The notes: a model not told the origin generated them from the sequence alone. DNA of 64,000 nucleotides from Pseudomonadota bacterium (GCA_021788645.1 JAJYKK010000006.1:6022-70021), one strand, 5' to 3'; shown: positions 36,535 through 46,566, counted from the first letter of the stretch. A program made the numbers and translations.

Positions 36535-37820
36535 GTTGGGTCTCTGGATAACCGCAGCTGGATGTTCACGCCGTGCGACGCTCGCTCGATTCTTGCACGG
36601 ACCCGAAACCCGGCGGCCAGCAGACGGCGCTGCAGCAAGGCAGCACCCGCCTCGTTCGGCAGCGCCACATCGAGCGTCAGCGTGCCGGCAGCATAGGTCA
36701 GCGCAGTGAGTCGGGCGGGCGCCAACGCGCTTGCGGCTCGCGCGAGAAGCGGCAGGAAGTCGCGCGGATCGAGCTGGCCATGGGCGTGCCGCAAATCCAT
36801 GAGATTGCGGCGCATCTGCAAGACCGGATCGACGATCGCCGTGGTCTCCGGAAATGCCCGCCTGAAGCTGCCGAGCATATCGGCACGCAGCCGCTTCGCC
36901 TCATGGGCCATCTTCAGCGTGGCGAGCCCTTCGCCGCCCACGGCGAGCAGCAGGAGGGCCGCGGCGGCCCACAGGGCCGGGCGCAGCTGCAGCAGGCGCT
37001 CGCGGGTAAACCACGCCGCCCCGACGATTCCCATGCCGGGGGCCAAGTTGATCGCCGCGCCGCGCGCAGGCAGGTATTCGGCTGAGCCAGCGGGTTCTGC
37101 CAGACGCACCGGCACCCCGAGCATCCCCTCCCATGCGCGGACATCCGGCGCCTGCCCGCCCACGGCACGCAGCACCAGCTCGCGCGGTGCCGAGCCCTGC
37201 GCGGCCGCTTCCGACAGGGCCAAGCCCAGGGTATAGGGCGGCGCCCCCTCGGGCGCGCCGTCGAGCGCGAATCCGGACGTCTCACCCGTGCGCACGAAGC
37301 CGCCGCCCCCCTTCCACACCACCCCCCATTGCCCCTGTTCCACGGGCACGCTCAACGACTCCGGAATGATGGCTTGCGGGAAAAGGCGCGCCTCCCGCAA
37401 CCGGACCACCAGCGCGTTCCAATACGTACGGTCGACGACGGCCACCGGGAACTCGCCGCTGGGGAGCCTTGGGCCCGGCGCGACGTGGATCGCCTCCGGA
37501 TCGCACATCAGCTTCTCTTCCACCGCGAAGGGAAGCAATTGCGCGAGCCTTCGCCCGCGCACTTGCGGCACCCGCACGCAGGTCAACAACACGAGACTGG
37601 CCGGCAAGACGACGGTGAGCCGATCAGCCTTCGGCATCTGGGCTAGCGGGGCCTGGCCGCGCCGGGGCTCGGCCTGTCCCCGATACCACGCATAGTCGAT
37701 GGCCGCAGGCTCCGCTCCCCACGTTTCCGGCATGTAAACGTGCAAGGCGGACACGGCGCGTCTCCTTCCGTTGTGCGGCCGCAAGACCAAGGTCTCGGCA
37801 AGGGTTCCCGTCAGGCGCAT
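36531..37820 (-). CDS. gspL: Type II secretion system protein L
   Basis: The track ORF 36531..38558 is trimmed to the ATG at 37820, which overlaps the gspK TGA by 1 nt. MRLTGTLAETLVLRP...LLPFAVEEKLMCDPEAIHVA is the GspL cytoplasmic-domain motif, and a mid-protein TM is present. Confidence 0.85.
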   Translation of the reverse strand: MRLTGTLAETLVLRPHNGRRRAVSALHVYMPETWGAEPAAIDYAWYRGQAEPRRGQAPLAQMPKADRLTVVLPASLVLLTCVRVPQVRGRRLAQLLPFAVEEKLMCDPEAIHVAPGPRLPSGEFPVAVVDRTYWNALVVRLREARLFPQAIIPESLSVPVEQGQWGVVWKGGGGFVRTGETSGFALDGAPEGAPPYTLGLALSEAAAQGSAPRELVLRAVGGQAPDVRAWEGMLGVPVRLAEPAGSAEYLPARGAAINLAPGMGIVGAAWFTRERLLQLRPALWAAAALLLLAVGGEGLATLKMAHEAKRLRADMLGSFRRAFPETTAIVDPVLQMRRNLMDLRHAHGQLDPRDFLPLLARAASALAPARLTALTYAAGTLTLDVALPNEAGAALLQRRLLAAGFRVRARIERASHGVNIQLRLSRDPT

Positions 37821-38752
37821 CAGCTTACCTTCTTCCACAGGATCTGCGTTCCCGAACCGCGCGCGCGGTACAGCAACGCCTTCTCGGTCACCCGCACCCG
37901 GTGATAGCGGATGTGCACGTGCACCAGAAAATATTGGCTGTTGACCGAGAATGCCTGGTCGCGCACCCCCGCAAGCTGCCCGGCCGTGAGCCGCCCGGCA
38001 AAGTCCGCTTGGCTCTGGAAATACGCGTCCCCGCGGCTCGCCACCAGGGCCTGCGCTTCGCTCAGGCCGAGCCCGGGAAACACGGCGGCGAGCACCTCCG
38101 CCGGGGCCGTGTTCACGTTCACCGGCGTGTACCCCGGAAGCGCCGTGACGAAGGGGCGCAGGCGTTCCACGATGCGCGCATCGAAGCCCTTGATGCGATA
38201 CAGCTCGTCGACGTCGGTCAGGGGGCGGTGCGCATCCCGGTACGGCGGCTCCTGCGCCAGATAATAGGCATCCAGCGCCCCGGGATAGGGCGGCGATACC
38301 CAATCGGCCACCGCACCGGCCAGCTCCGGGGGCAGATCCAGCAGGACGAGCAAGCGCCTGAACGCCGCGACATCCTGCGCACTGCCGCCGCCCACGCCGG
38401 CGAGATCGTTGAGATTGAAGCGGCTTTGCGCATCCGTCACGTTCCCCGCCACGGACCCGGATCCCACGGCGACGGGCGGCAAGGGGCGCGCCCATAGCTG
38501 CCCGAGGTCGTCGATGCCGCTTTGGCGCCCCTCCTGGGCAAGGATCGCCCCGGCCCACGCGATACCCGCGCGGGCGACGGCGTCGGCCTGCGCCGCGTCC
38601 TCAAGATTCGCCACTTGCCTCACCCACATCCGCTCCCGCCAAGCCATCGCGCCCACCGCGGCTGCCGCCAGCGCCACCACGAGAAGTGCCGTCACGACCG
38701 CCAGGCCCGCTTGGCGCGGCGCGATTCCGCCTGCGCGCATCGCCCTGCTCAT
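37820..38752 (-). CDS. gspK: Type II secretion system minor pseudopilin K
   Basis: 310 aa. GLAVVTALLVVALAAAAVGAM...NVTDAQSRFNLNDL... is present. Confidence 0.9.
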   Translation of the reverse strand: MSRAMRAGGIAPRQAGLAVVTALLVVALAAAAVGAMAWRERMWVRQVANLEDAAQADAVARAGIAWAGAILAQEGRQSGIDDLGQLWARPLPPVAVGSGSVAGNVTDAQSRFNLNDLAGVGGGSAQDVAAFRRLLVLLDLPPELAGAVADWVSPPYPGALDAYYLAQEPPYRDAHRPLTDVDELYRIKGFDARIVERLRPFVTALPGYTPVNVNTAPAEVLAAVFPGLGLSEAQALVASRGDAYFQSQADFAGRLTAGQLAGVRDQAFSVNSQYFLVHVHIRYHRVRVTEKALLYRARGSGTQILWKKVS

Positions 38753-39369
38753 CGTGCAAACACCCGCACCAGCCGCCCGCCCCCCGCCAGCACCACAGTC
38801 ACCTTGACCGCGCGCGGCAGATCCTCACCGGCGCGCGCCGGCCATGCGCCCGCCCAGCGCCCCTCACGGTCGAGGTACGCAAAATCCAGACGCGTCACGT
38901 GGGCGAGCATGCGCGTGACGAGTGGGCGGGTGGACGGCGCGGCGTCCAACGCCGGCCACAACAGCCACTCGACGCGCCCGCCGCGCAGGCGATAGCCCAC
39001 GCGCTGGGGCGCGGCCATCGGATCGTGCCGGTCGGGAAAACCCATGCGCGTGAACACGATCTCGGGCGCGCCGTGGGGCCCGTCCGGCCCGCCGTAGAAG
39101 GCCGGCTCTGCGGTAAGGCCGTCCGGCGCGCTCACCGGGCGGTCGACGGCGGAGCCGAGATCCTGTCCGAAGCGGGCAAAGAAAATCGCCACATCGCGCC
39201 ATTTGCGGTCCTCCGCCAGGACGTGGTCGCGCGTCGCCAGCACGGCATCGAGCCCCCGGTAAGCCAAGGCCGACAGGAGCGCGAAGATCGCCACGGCGAC
39301 CAGGAGCTCCACCAGGGTGAAGCCGCCGTCCGCATGGCCAGACTCCCGCCGCACCGGCATCCGGGTCAT
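38749..39369 (-). CDS. gspJ: Type II secretion system minor pseudopilin J
   Basis: 206 aa with the prepilin-type leader GGFTLVELLVAVAIFALLSALAY. Confidence 0.9.
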   Translation of the reverse strand: MTRMPVRRESGHADGGFTLVELLVAVAIFALLSALAYRGLDAVLATRDHVLAEDRKWRDVAIFFARFGQDLGSAVDRPVSAPDGLTAEPAFYGGPDGPHGAPEIVFTRMGFPDRHDPMAAPQRVGYRLRGGRVEWLLWPALDAAPSTRPLVTRMLAHVTRLDFAYLDREGRWAGAWPARAGEDLPRAVKVTVVLAGGGRLVRVFAR

Positions 39370-39773
39370 GGCGAAGCGACCGACGCGGCCGAGACGTGCG
39401 CCAGATAGCCCACCACGTGCGCCACCGCGTACTGCGGGTCGCCGCTTGCATAGACGCGGATGTCGATCCGCTCAAAACGCCGATTCGGGGTCTTGGTCAC
39501 CGCCTCCCGCCACTCGAACGACCGGCCCGCCTCGGCTTGCGTCCCGCTGGCCGTACCCACCGCCGGCCAGTCGCGCATCGCCTCGTGGAGCGCGAGCCGA
39601 TTCTGCGCCACGAAGCCGCCCAGCAGGCGCGTGCGGACCTGGCCCGCAGCGTCCACCAGACTCAATGTCGCGCGCGAGACCGCCGCCAAGGCAATCGCGA
39701 GAATGGCAAGGGCGACGATCACCTCGAGCAAGGTAAACCCCCGGCTGCCTCTTTTTTCCCGTCTACTGTCCAC
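39366..39773 (-). CDS. gspI: Type II secretion system minor pseudopilin I
   Basis: The track ORF is trimmed to the GTG at 39773 (VDSRREKRGSRGFTLLEVIVALAILAIAL...), which carries a prepilin leader. The start overlaps the gspH end by 11 nt. Confidence 0.82.
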   Translation of the reverse strand: MDSRREKRGSRGFTLLEVIVALAILAIALAAVSRATLSLVDAAGQVRTRLLGGFVAQNRLALHEAMRDWPAVGTASGTQAEAGRSFEWREAVTKTPNRRFERIDIRVYASGDPQYAVAHVVGYLAHVSAASVASP

Positions 39774-40278
39774 GGAGGCCTCCGAGGCGCACGGCACCCC
39801 GTCCGTCGCAGGCCACGGACACGCGCCGCCCGGCCAAGGCGAGCGTAAGCCGAAACGGAAGCCCGATGCCCTGCGCCGCAAAAACGATGCGCGAGCCACC
39901 TGCGAGCGGTGCGCCGTCGGCCTGCGCCGCGACGATGCGCACCCCGGGCGGCAGCTCGCGCGCACGAAAGACGCGCGCCGCATCGAGCGCCCAACGCCCC
40001 GTCCCGTCCCGTTGCCAGAATGCGTAGCCCCCACCCTCCTGGGACCAGCCGATGCTGCTCCCGGTAATCAGCGCCTCTTCGCGCGCCTGCTCCAGGAGGG
40101 CCGCCAAGCGGCGGGCCGAGTCCTCAAGCCGGCGTGACGGATCCGGCATCAACCGCACGGCGGCAACGCCGACCATGATGCCGACGATCGCGAGCACGAC
40201 CAGGAGCTCGATCAGGGTGAATCCGGTGCCCCTGCCGGGGGGCGACGCATCAGTGCTGCCAGGAGCCGATTTCCGCAT
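39763..40278 (-). CDS. gspH: Type II secretion system minor pseudopilin H
   Basis: The track ORF is trimmed to the ATG at 40278 (MRKSAPGSTDASPPGRGTGFTLIELLVVLAIVGIMVG...). The start overlaps the gspG end by 29 nt and is therefore somewhat uncertain. Confidence 0.8.
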   Translation of the reverse strand: MRKSAPGSTDASPPGRGTGFTLIELLVVLAIVGIMVGVAAVRLMPDPSRRLEDSARRLAALLEQAREEALITGSSIGWSQEGGGYAFWQRDGTGRWALDAARVFRARELPPGVRIVAAQADGAPLAGGSRIVFAAQGIGLPFRLTLALAGRRVSVACDGRGAVRLGGLRGQ

Positions 40279-40684
40279 CTTCTCCCTGCCCTCCGGGTTG
40301 TCCTTGCGGGCCGTAGCTGAACACGTCGATTCGGCCGTGGACGCCGGGATTGAGGTACAGGTACTCGCGCCCCCAGGGATCCTTCGGCAGCCGTTCCAGG
40401 TACCCCCCGGGCTTCCAGTTGGCAGGAATGGGCGGCACGGTGGGCCTGGACACCAGCGCCGACAGCCCCTGGTCGGTGGTGGGATAGGTCCCGTTGTCCA
40501 GCTCGTAGAGCTTGAGGGCCTGCATGATGGTGCTGATGTCGGCCCGGGCGGCAACGACCCGCGCCTGCTCGGGACGGCTCATGATCTTGGGCACCACCAG
40601 GGCTGCCAGAATGCCCAGGATCACGACCACGATCATGATTTCGATCAGGGTGAACCCACGTTGTTCGTCGCGCGCGCGCATCAT
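40250..40684 (-). CDS. gspG: Type II secretion system major pseudopilin G
   Basis: 144 aa. QRGFTLIEIMIVVVILGILAALVVPKIMSRPEQARVVAARADISTIMQALKLYELDNGTYPT...DPWGREYLY is canonical GspG. Confidence 0.97.
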   Translation of the reverse strand: MMRARDEQRGFTLIEIMIVVVILGILAALVVPKIMSRPEQARVVAARADISTIMQALKLYELDNGTYPTTDQGLSALVSRPTVPPIPANWKPGGYLERLPKDPWGREYLYLNPGVHGRIDVFSYGPQGQPGGQGEDAEIGSWQH

Positions 40685-40729
40685 TCAAAGCCTCCTTCCA
40701 TTGCACCGATGCCTGGCGGAGCCCGCTCC

Positions 40730-41929
40730 TCAGTGCACCAGCTGATTCATGTCGAAGATGGGCAGCAAGATCGCCAGCACGATGACCAGCACGGTCGCGC
40801 CCATCGCCAGAATAAGGGCCGGCTCGAGCAGCGTGACCAGCATGGAGATGCGCCCTTCGACTTCGAGCGCCTGTTGCGAGGCCACGCGCTCCAGCATCGC
40901 CGCCAGCTGCCCGCTCGTCTCGCCGCTCGCCACCAGGTGGACCATCATCGGCGGGAACAACCCGCTATGCGACAGGGCACGCGCAAGACTGACCCCTTCG
41001 CGCACCTTGCGCATGGCCTCCTCGGCAGCCAGCCGCATCGGCACGTTGCCCACGACCGCGGCGGCGGCACCGAGCGCGCTCAGGAGCGGCACGCCGCTAC
41101 CCACCAGGATCGCGAGGCTCGCCGCGAAGCGCGCGGTATTGAGCGCGCGCACCATGCGTCCGACCACCGGCACACGCAGCACCCGCTCGCCCACAAAGCG
41201 GCGCCAACGCGCCTCCTTCAGCGCCCGACGCACCGCCAGCGCGGCGAGCGCGGCTCCCGCGACGAGCACCGGCCAAGCGTGCGCAAACCACTGGCTGAGC
41301 GCGATCAGGGCGCGGGTGAGCCAGGGAAGCGGCTGGCCGCTGTCCTCGAAGACGCCGGCTATTTGCGGCACCACATAAGTGAGCAGGCCACCGACCACCA
41401 GAACCGCCACCGTCGTCACGATGGCGGGATAGACGAAGGCAAGCCCCACTTTCTGCCGCAGCCGCTGCCGGTTGTCGAGATAGTCGGCCAACCGCAGCAT
41501 GACGGCGCCCAGCTGGCCCGAGCGTTCGCCGCTGTCCACCAGCGCCAGGTAGATCGCCGGGAAGGCCCGGGGCTGCTTGGCCAGCGCCTGACCGAGGCTC
41601 AAGCCCGCCAGCACGTCGGCGCGGACGGCCGCGAGCAGCTGCCGCACGGCATGGGATTCCATATGCTCGATACAGGCCGTCAAGGTCCGCTCGACGGTGA
41701 GCCCGGCGTTGAGCAAGGTCGCGAGCTCGCGCGTGAGGACACCCAGCTGCGCCGCACCCGGACCGGCGCGCCATGCTCTCGGGGCGCCCCCCGACAGGGC
41801 ATCGAGGGTCACGGCGGTCAGTCCCCGCGCGCGCAGGCTCAGGCGCGCCTGCCGGGGCGTATCGGCCTCGAGCACGCCCTTCACGAGATGCCCGTCGTCC
41901 CCCACCGCCTCATATTTGAAGCCCGCCAT
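40730..41929 (-). CDS. gspF: Type II secretion system inner-membrane platform protein F
   Basis: 399 aa. MAGFKYEAVGDDGHLVKGVLEADTPRQARLSLRARGL is followed by the duplicated T2SF domain. Confidence 0.95.
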   Translation of the reverse strand: MAGFKYEAVGDDGHLVKGVLEADTPRQARLSLRARGLTAVTLDALSGGAPRAWRAGPGAAQLGVLTRELATLLNAGLTVERTLTACIEHMESHAVRQLLAAVRADVLAGLSLGQALAKQPRAFPAIYLALVDSGERSGQLGAVMLRLADYLDNRQRLRQKVGLAFVYPAIVTTVAVLVVGGLLTYVVPQIAGVFEDSGQPLPWLTRALIALSQWFAHAWPVLVAGAALAALAVRRALKEARWRRFVGERVLRVPVVGRMVRALNTARFAASLAILVGSGVPLLSALGAAAAVVGNVPMRLAAEEAMRKVREGVSLARALSHSGLFPPMMVHLVASGETSGQLAAMLERVASQQALEVEGRISMLVTLLEPALILAMGATVLVIVLAILLPIFDMNQLVH

Positions 41930-41950
41930 GGTGCCCTGTCAGCCCCCGGT

Positions 41951-43501
41951 TCAGGCGGCCGCCTCCTTCTCCTTGAGGCGGCCATGTTCTTCGGCGACAC
42001 GCAGAACCTCCTCCATGCTCGTCTCGCCACTCGCCACCCAGCGCATGCCGTCCTCGCGCAGGCCGATGAGGCCGTGGGCGCGCGCATAGGCGCGCAAGGT
42101 CTCCTCGGAGTCCCGATTGTGGATCTTGCGCAGCATGCCTTCATCCATGACCATCAGCTCATAGATCCCCGTACGTCCCCGATAGCCGGTCCCATCACAG
42201 GCCGCGCAGCCGACCGGGTGATAGACCACGGGCGGCGCCGCCCCAGGCGCGAAGAGCGAGCGTTCGGTCGCATCCGGAGCGCGGGCGCTGCGGCATTCCG
42301 GGCACAACCGCCGCACGAGCCGCTGCGCCAGGACCGCCCGCAGGCTGGAGGCCAGCAGGAACGGCTCGACCCCCATATCGGTCAGGCGGGTCACCGCGCC
42401 GAGCGCATCGTTGGTATGCAGGGTCGCCAGCACCAGATGCCCGGTGAGACTCGCCTGGACCGCGATCTCGGCGGTCTCCAGGTCGCGAATCTCGCCGATC
42501 ATGATGACGTCGGGATCCTGGCGCAGGATCGCGCGCAGCGCCCGCGCGAAGGTCATGTCGATGCGCGGATTGACCTGCGTCTGGCTGATGCCGGCGAGAT
42601 CGTATTCGATCGGATCTTCGACGGTCGCGATGTTGAGCACGGTCTCGTCCAGCCTCGAGAGCGCGGCATACAACGTGGTGGTCTTGCCGGAGCCGGTCGG
42701 GCCGGTCACCAGAATGATCCCGTTCGGATGGTGAATCGCTTCGTCGAGGGCGGCCATCGTCCCCGCGTCAAGCCCCAGGGCAGGGAGCTCGAGGCGGCCT
42801 TGCAGCTTGTCGAGCAGCCGCAGCACGACGCGCTCGCCGTGGCCCGTGGGCAGGGTGGACACGCGCACATCGACGGGGCGGCCGGCGATGCGCAGCGTGA
42901 TGCGTCCGTCCTGGGGCAGCCGCTTTTCCGCGATGTCGAGTTCGGCCATCACCTTGATGCGCGACACGATCGCCGCATGGAGTGCCCGCTGCGGTTCGAT
43001 CACCTCCCGCAACAGCCCGTCGACGCGAAAGCGGACGACCGAGCGCGTTTCATAAGGCTCGATATGGATGTCGGAGGCCTGCTCGCGCAGCGCCTGCGTG
43101 AACAGCGCATTGATCAGGCGAATGATCGGCGCCTCGTCCTCGACATCGAGCAGGTCGCCCACCTTGGGCAATTCCTGGGCCAGTTGCTGCAAGTCGAGAT
43201 CTTGCTCAAGATCGACCATGAGGCTCGCCGTCTGGTGGTCAGGGCGCGAGTAGGCCTGCGCGAGGCAATCCTCGAAACGGCCTGCGGGGATGACGCGCAC
43301 CGACAAGGGCGCCCCGAGCACACGCCGCGCCTCCACCAGCATCTCGGCCCGCACGCCCTCGCGCGCCCAGACCTCGATCTCCGCGCCGCGCGCGCGCGCC
43401 GCGATGATGCCCTTGGCCTTGGCGATCGGGTAGGGCAGCCGAACGGCGATGGCCGGGTCCGGCGCATCCCGTTCATCGGGCGCATCCGAGAGGATGCTCA
43501 T
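41951..43501 (-). CDS. gspE: Type II secretion system ATPase E
   Basis: 516 aa. It has Walker A VTGPTGSGKTTTLYAAL, Asp/His boxes, and the tetracysteine motif CPECR...CAACDGTGYRGR. Confidence 0.97.
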   Translation of the reverse strand: MSILSDAPDERDAPDPAIAVRLPYPIAKAKGIIAARARGAEIEVWAREGVRAEMLVEARRVLGAPLSVRVIPAGRFEDCLAQAYSRPDHQTASLMVDLEQDLDLQQLAQELPKVGDLLDVEDEAPIIRLINALFTQALREQASDIHIEPYETRSVVRFRVDGLLREVIEPQRALHAAIVSRIKVMAELDIAEKRLPQDGRITLRIAGRPVDVRVSTLPTGHGERVVLRLLDKLQGRLELPALGLDAGTMAALDEAIHHPNGIILVTGPTGSGKTTTLYAALSRLDETVLNIATVEDPIEYDLAGISQTQVNPRIDMTFARALRAILRQDPDVIMIGEIRDLETAEIAVQASLTGHLVLATLHTNDALGAVTRLTDMGVEPFLLASSLRAVLAQRLVRRLCPECRSARAPDATERSLFAPGAAPPVVYHPVGCAACDGTGYRGRTGIYELMVMDEGMLRKIHNRDSEETLRAYARAHGLIGLREDGMRWVASGETSMEEVLRVAEEHGRLKEKEAAA

Positions 43502-43551
43502 CGCCTGCCCCCTGGCCCCCTGAATCGCCGGATGCGCATCTGTCGCCCCTT

Positions 43552-45666
43552 TCAGTGACCCGCCGCCGGTGGCCCCGGTGGCTCGACGCTCCGGGGGACG
43601 CTGGCGGGCCCTTGTGGGGCGACCTTGGGCATGAACGGGCCCGGCACGGTCGGCGTGGGATAGTTGGGGAGCAGCACGCGGTGCGGCAGGGCCGCCGCGC
43701 CCTCCTGGCTCATGATGTAACGATAGCGCTGGTCCGTGAGCGCCGCACCCGCCCCGGGGCCGCGCAGGATAATCGGCCGCAGGAAGACCATGAGATTCGT
43801 CTTGACGCGTTTCCGGGTTTCATACCGGAACAGCCCCCCCAGGATGGGAATGCTGCCCAGCACCGGCACCTTGTCCACGGCGTTTTCCACGTCGTCCTGG
43901 ATCAGTCCGCCGAGGACGATGATCTGCCCGTTGTCGACGAGGACGGTCGACTTGAGCGAGCGCTTGTTGGTGATGATCCCGGCCGGGTTCGACGTGTCCG
44001 CGATGGCCGAGACCTCCTGATAGATGGTGAGCTTCACGGCGCCGCTTTGCGTGATCTGCGGCTTGACGTCCAGGGTCAAGCCGACGTTCTTGCGCTCGAT
44101 CGTCTGAAAGGGCGTGACCGTCGCGGAGGCAGCCGTCCCCGCCGCCCCATAGGCGCCGGTCTGGGCATAGCTGCCGGTGATGAAGGGGACGTTCTGGCCC
44201 ACGACGATCTTCGCGTCGTGGTTGTCGAGGGTCAGCAGGTCCGGGGTCGAGAGGATGTTGGCGTTCGAGTCCTGCTCCAGGGCGCGCGCGAGCGCCGTCA
44301 GCCCGGTCACTTCCTGCCCGCCGATGGTAAGGCGCTGCAAAAGACCAATGTTGAGGCCCAAGGCCGGCAGCACGGCGCCGCTGGCAATGCCGGCAGACAG
44401 GTTGATGAGGTTCGCACCGCCGCCTCCCGTGGCGACCCCCGTGGAGAAATTAGTCCCTCCCACCAGGGCCGAATTGCCGCTCTGTCCCAACACCGACTGC
44501 CACTGGACGCCCAGCTCCGCCGCCCTGTTGAGCGTGACCTCGGCGATCAGCGCCTCGACGTAGACCTCGGCCGGCCGCACGTCGAGCCGGTCGATCACGG
44601 CCCGCAGGGAATTATAGACATTGTCCGGCGCCGTCACGATCAGCGAGTTGGTCGCGGCGTCGGCGCGGATGACGCTGTTGCCGGCCGTCACCGGCGCCGC
44701 CGCGGGGGCCGACGGATAGGGCGCCGGGGGGTGCGGCGCGGCGGCGGCGCCCGGCGCCCCTGACAGAATCCCGGCCAGGGTCTTGGCAAGGTCGACGGCA
44801 TTGGCGTTCTTGAGATATATGACGTGCATGTTGCCGCCCGCGCTGGTCGGCACGTCCAGCTGATAGGCGAGCCTGCGCACCTTGTCGATCATCGCGGGAT
44901 CCGGGGCGCGAACGATGAGGCTGTTGGTGCGGGCATCCGGATCGATGACCAGGCTGTCCGCCGCCGGAGAGAGGCCGGCAGGGAGCGGGACGCCGTTAGG
45001 CAAGTGCGGCGCTCCACCGCCGCTTCCAAGCACGGTGGAAATCTGCTGCGCAACGTCCACCGCGGAGGCGTAGTGCAGGGCAATGACCGCGACGTTGCTC
45101 TTGGCCGGCTGATCCACCGCATCGATGATGGCATCGATGCGGTGGATATTTTCCGCGTAGTCGGTAATCACCAGCGCATTGGCGGTCGGATCGGCCGCGA
45201 TGGCGTTGTTGGGCGAGATGAGCGGGCGCAGCACCGGTATGAGCTGCTCCGCGGAGGCATACAGGAGCGGACGCACCTGCGTGATCACGCGGTCGCCATG
45301 GACAGGCACCGAGGTGCCCACGGTCGGGCTGAAGTTGTGCTTCGCGTCGGCTTCCGGCACGATCTTGACCCCGCCCGGGCCGGGGACGGCCGCGAATCCC
45401 TGCATGCGCAGGGCGGCCAGCAGCATCCGATATGCGGTGGCGCGCGAGACCGGATGCGTCGAGACGATATCGATCGTCCCGCCGACCTTGGGATCGATGA
45501 TGAAATTCTTGTGCGCCAACATGCCGACGGCCTTGATGACCGAGACGACGTCGGCATGAACGAAATTGAGCGTGACGCGCGTCGTCTCCTGTGCCCGCGC
45601 GGCCAAAGGAGAAAGACACCACAAGAGCAAAACGGCACGGCATGCGAGACCACCACCCCTCTTCAA
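43552..45666 (-). CDS. gspD: Type II secretion system secretin D
   Basis: 704 aa. It has a signal peptide, N0-N3 domains (VTLNFVHADVVSVIKAVGMLAHKNFIIDPKV...) and the secretin core (VLVDNGQIIVLGGLIQD...KVPVLGSIPILGGLFR). Confidence 0.97.
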   Translation of the reverse strand: MKRGGGLACRAVLLLWCLSPLAARAQETTRVTLNFVHADVVSVIKAVGMLAHKNFIIDPKVGGTIDIVSTHPVSRATAYRMLLAALRMQGFAAVPGPGGVKIVPEADAKHNFSPTVGTSVPVHGDRVITQVRPLLYASAEQLIPVLRPLISPNNAIAADPTANALVITDYAENIHRIDAIIDAVDQPAKSNVAVIALHYASAVDVAQQISTVLGSGGGAPHLPNGVPLPAGLSPAADSLVIDPDARTNSLIVRAPDPAMIDKVRRLAYQLDVPTSAGGNMHVIYLKNANAVDLAKTLAGILSGAPGAAAAPHPPAPYPSAPAAAPVTAGNSVIRADAATNSLIVTAPDNVYNSLRAVIDRLDVRPAEVYVEALIAEVTLNRAAELGVQWQSVLGQSGNSALVGGTNFSTGVATGGGGANLINLSAGIASGAVLPALGLNIGLLQRLTIGGQEVTGLTALARALEQDSNANILSTPDLLTLDNHDAKIVVGQNVPFITGSYAQTGAYGAAGTAASATVTPFQTIERKNVGLTLDVKPQITQSGAVKLTIYQEVSAIADTSNPAGIITNKRSLKSTVLVDNGQIIVLGGLIQDDVENAVDKVPVLGSIPILGGLFRYETRKRVKTNLMVFLRPIILRGPGAGAALTDQRYRYIMSQEGAAALPHRVLLPNYPTPTVPGPFMPKVAPQGPASVPRSVEPPGPPAAGH

Positions 45667-45693
45667 ACGCCTTCCCCTTTCTCTCCGCTTCCG

Positions 45694-46200
45694 TCAGTCC
45701 GCTCGTTGCAGGTGGCGCGCGTAACGCCCTTGAACGGCCATTGGCGCCGCCGCCGGCCCGGGCAGCGCGACGCGGGCCATGGTGCCGCCATCATCCACCA
45801 GCACATGGTGGGCATACACCGCGCGCAGGATCACGCCCGGCGCAAGCGCGGCCCCCACCGCGACCGGCTCGGGTGCGCCGCCGACTCTGCGGATGATCGC
45901 ATAGCCGGGCTGTCCGTCCCCCCCCGCCATGACCCCTTCAAGTTCGACGCCGACGGCCACGGACAATGGTTTCATCTCGGCGCGCTGCGCCGTCCCGAAG
46001 AGGTGTCCGTCGGCAATGCGCTCGGCGTCCGAATCGGCCGATGCCGGGTTCGAAGAGATCCACAGGGGCGGCGCCGAAGGGGCCAAGAACACCCACGTCC
46101 AGTAGGCGGCGCACCAACACAAGGCCACGCCGAGGCCCGCCGTCAAAACCCATACCCATGAGGGCTTGGCGGTATGCGCGAACAATCTGACTGGGGCCAT
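45694..46200 (-). CDS. gspC: Type II secretion system protein C-like (short; TM plus HR domain, no PDZ)
   Basis: 168 aa. It is the first gene of the operon. It has an N-terminal TM (WVWVLTAGLGVALCWCAAYWTWVF) and an HR-like segment LEGVMAGGDGQPGYAIIRRVGG...GVILRAVYAHHVLVDDGG. The assignment rests on position and pattern. Confidence 0.62.
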   Translation of the reverse strand: MAPVRLFAHTAKPSWVWVLTAGLGVALCWCAAYWTWVFLAPSAPPLWISSNPASADSDAERIADGHLFGTAQRAEMKPLSVAVGVELEGVMAGGDGQPGYAIIRRVGGAPEPVAVGAALAPGVILRAVYAHHVLVDDGGTMARVALPGPAAAPMAVQGRYARHLQRAD

Positions 46201-46566
46201 TTACATTTATAGGGGTTTGACCGGGGGCTTCCGTTTCATCCTCTTGATCGATCATAGTTCATGGCATCGGCATTGTCCACAAAGCCCCATGGAGGCGCCA
46301 GGCAAAACAAGAAGCTGCTCTTGACCCCGCCCAGGGGGCATAGCCATGCGGTCGGGCACAACCGCCGATTGGTATAAAGTATCCGCGCAGGCGAGCCGTT
46401 ATTTAGGTCACGCAACGAAGCGCTCATCATGGCGGCCAGCACAGTGCTTTTTAGAGTCTTACCGAAGTCTTCGCATCGGCCCATGCCCGCCTGTGGGCGG
46501 CCGGGAGCATCAGCCCGTTCCGCATCCATCAGCCGCCGAGAGCGCCATCGTCGTGAGTCTTGACTG

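Noticed and set aside
40052-43558. 1168-aa ORF on the plus strand
   Set aside because: It is antisense to gspG, gspF and gspE, which are unambiguous. Its translation is an Arg/His/Gly/Asp-rich artefact.
46262-46276. TGGCATCGGCATTGT in the gspC/small-ORF divergent region
   Set aside because: The -12 element is TTGT, lacking the conserved C of GC. It is also 300-440 nt from the nearest plausible start.
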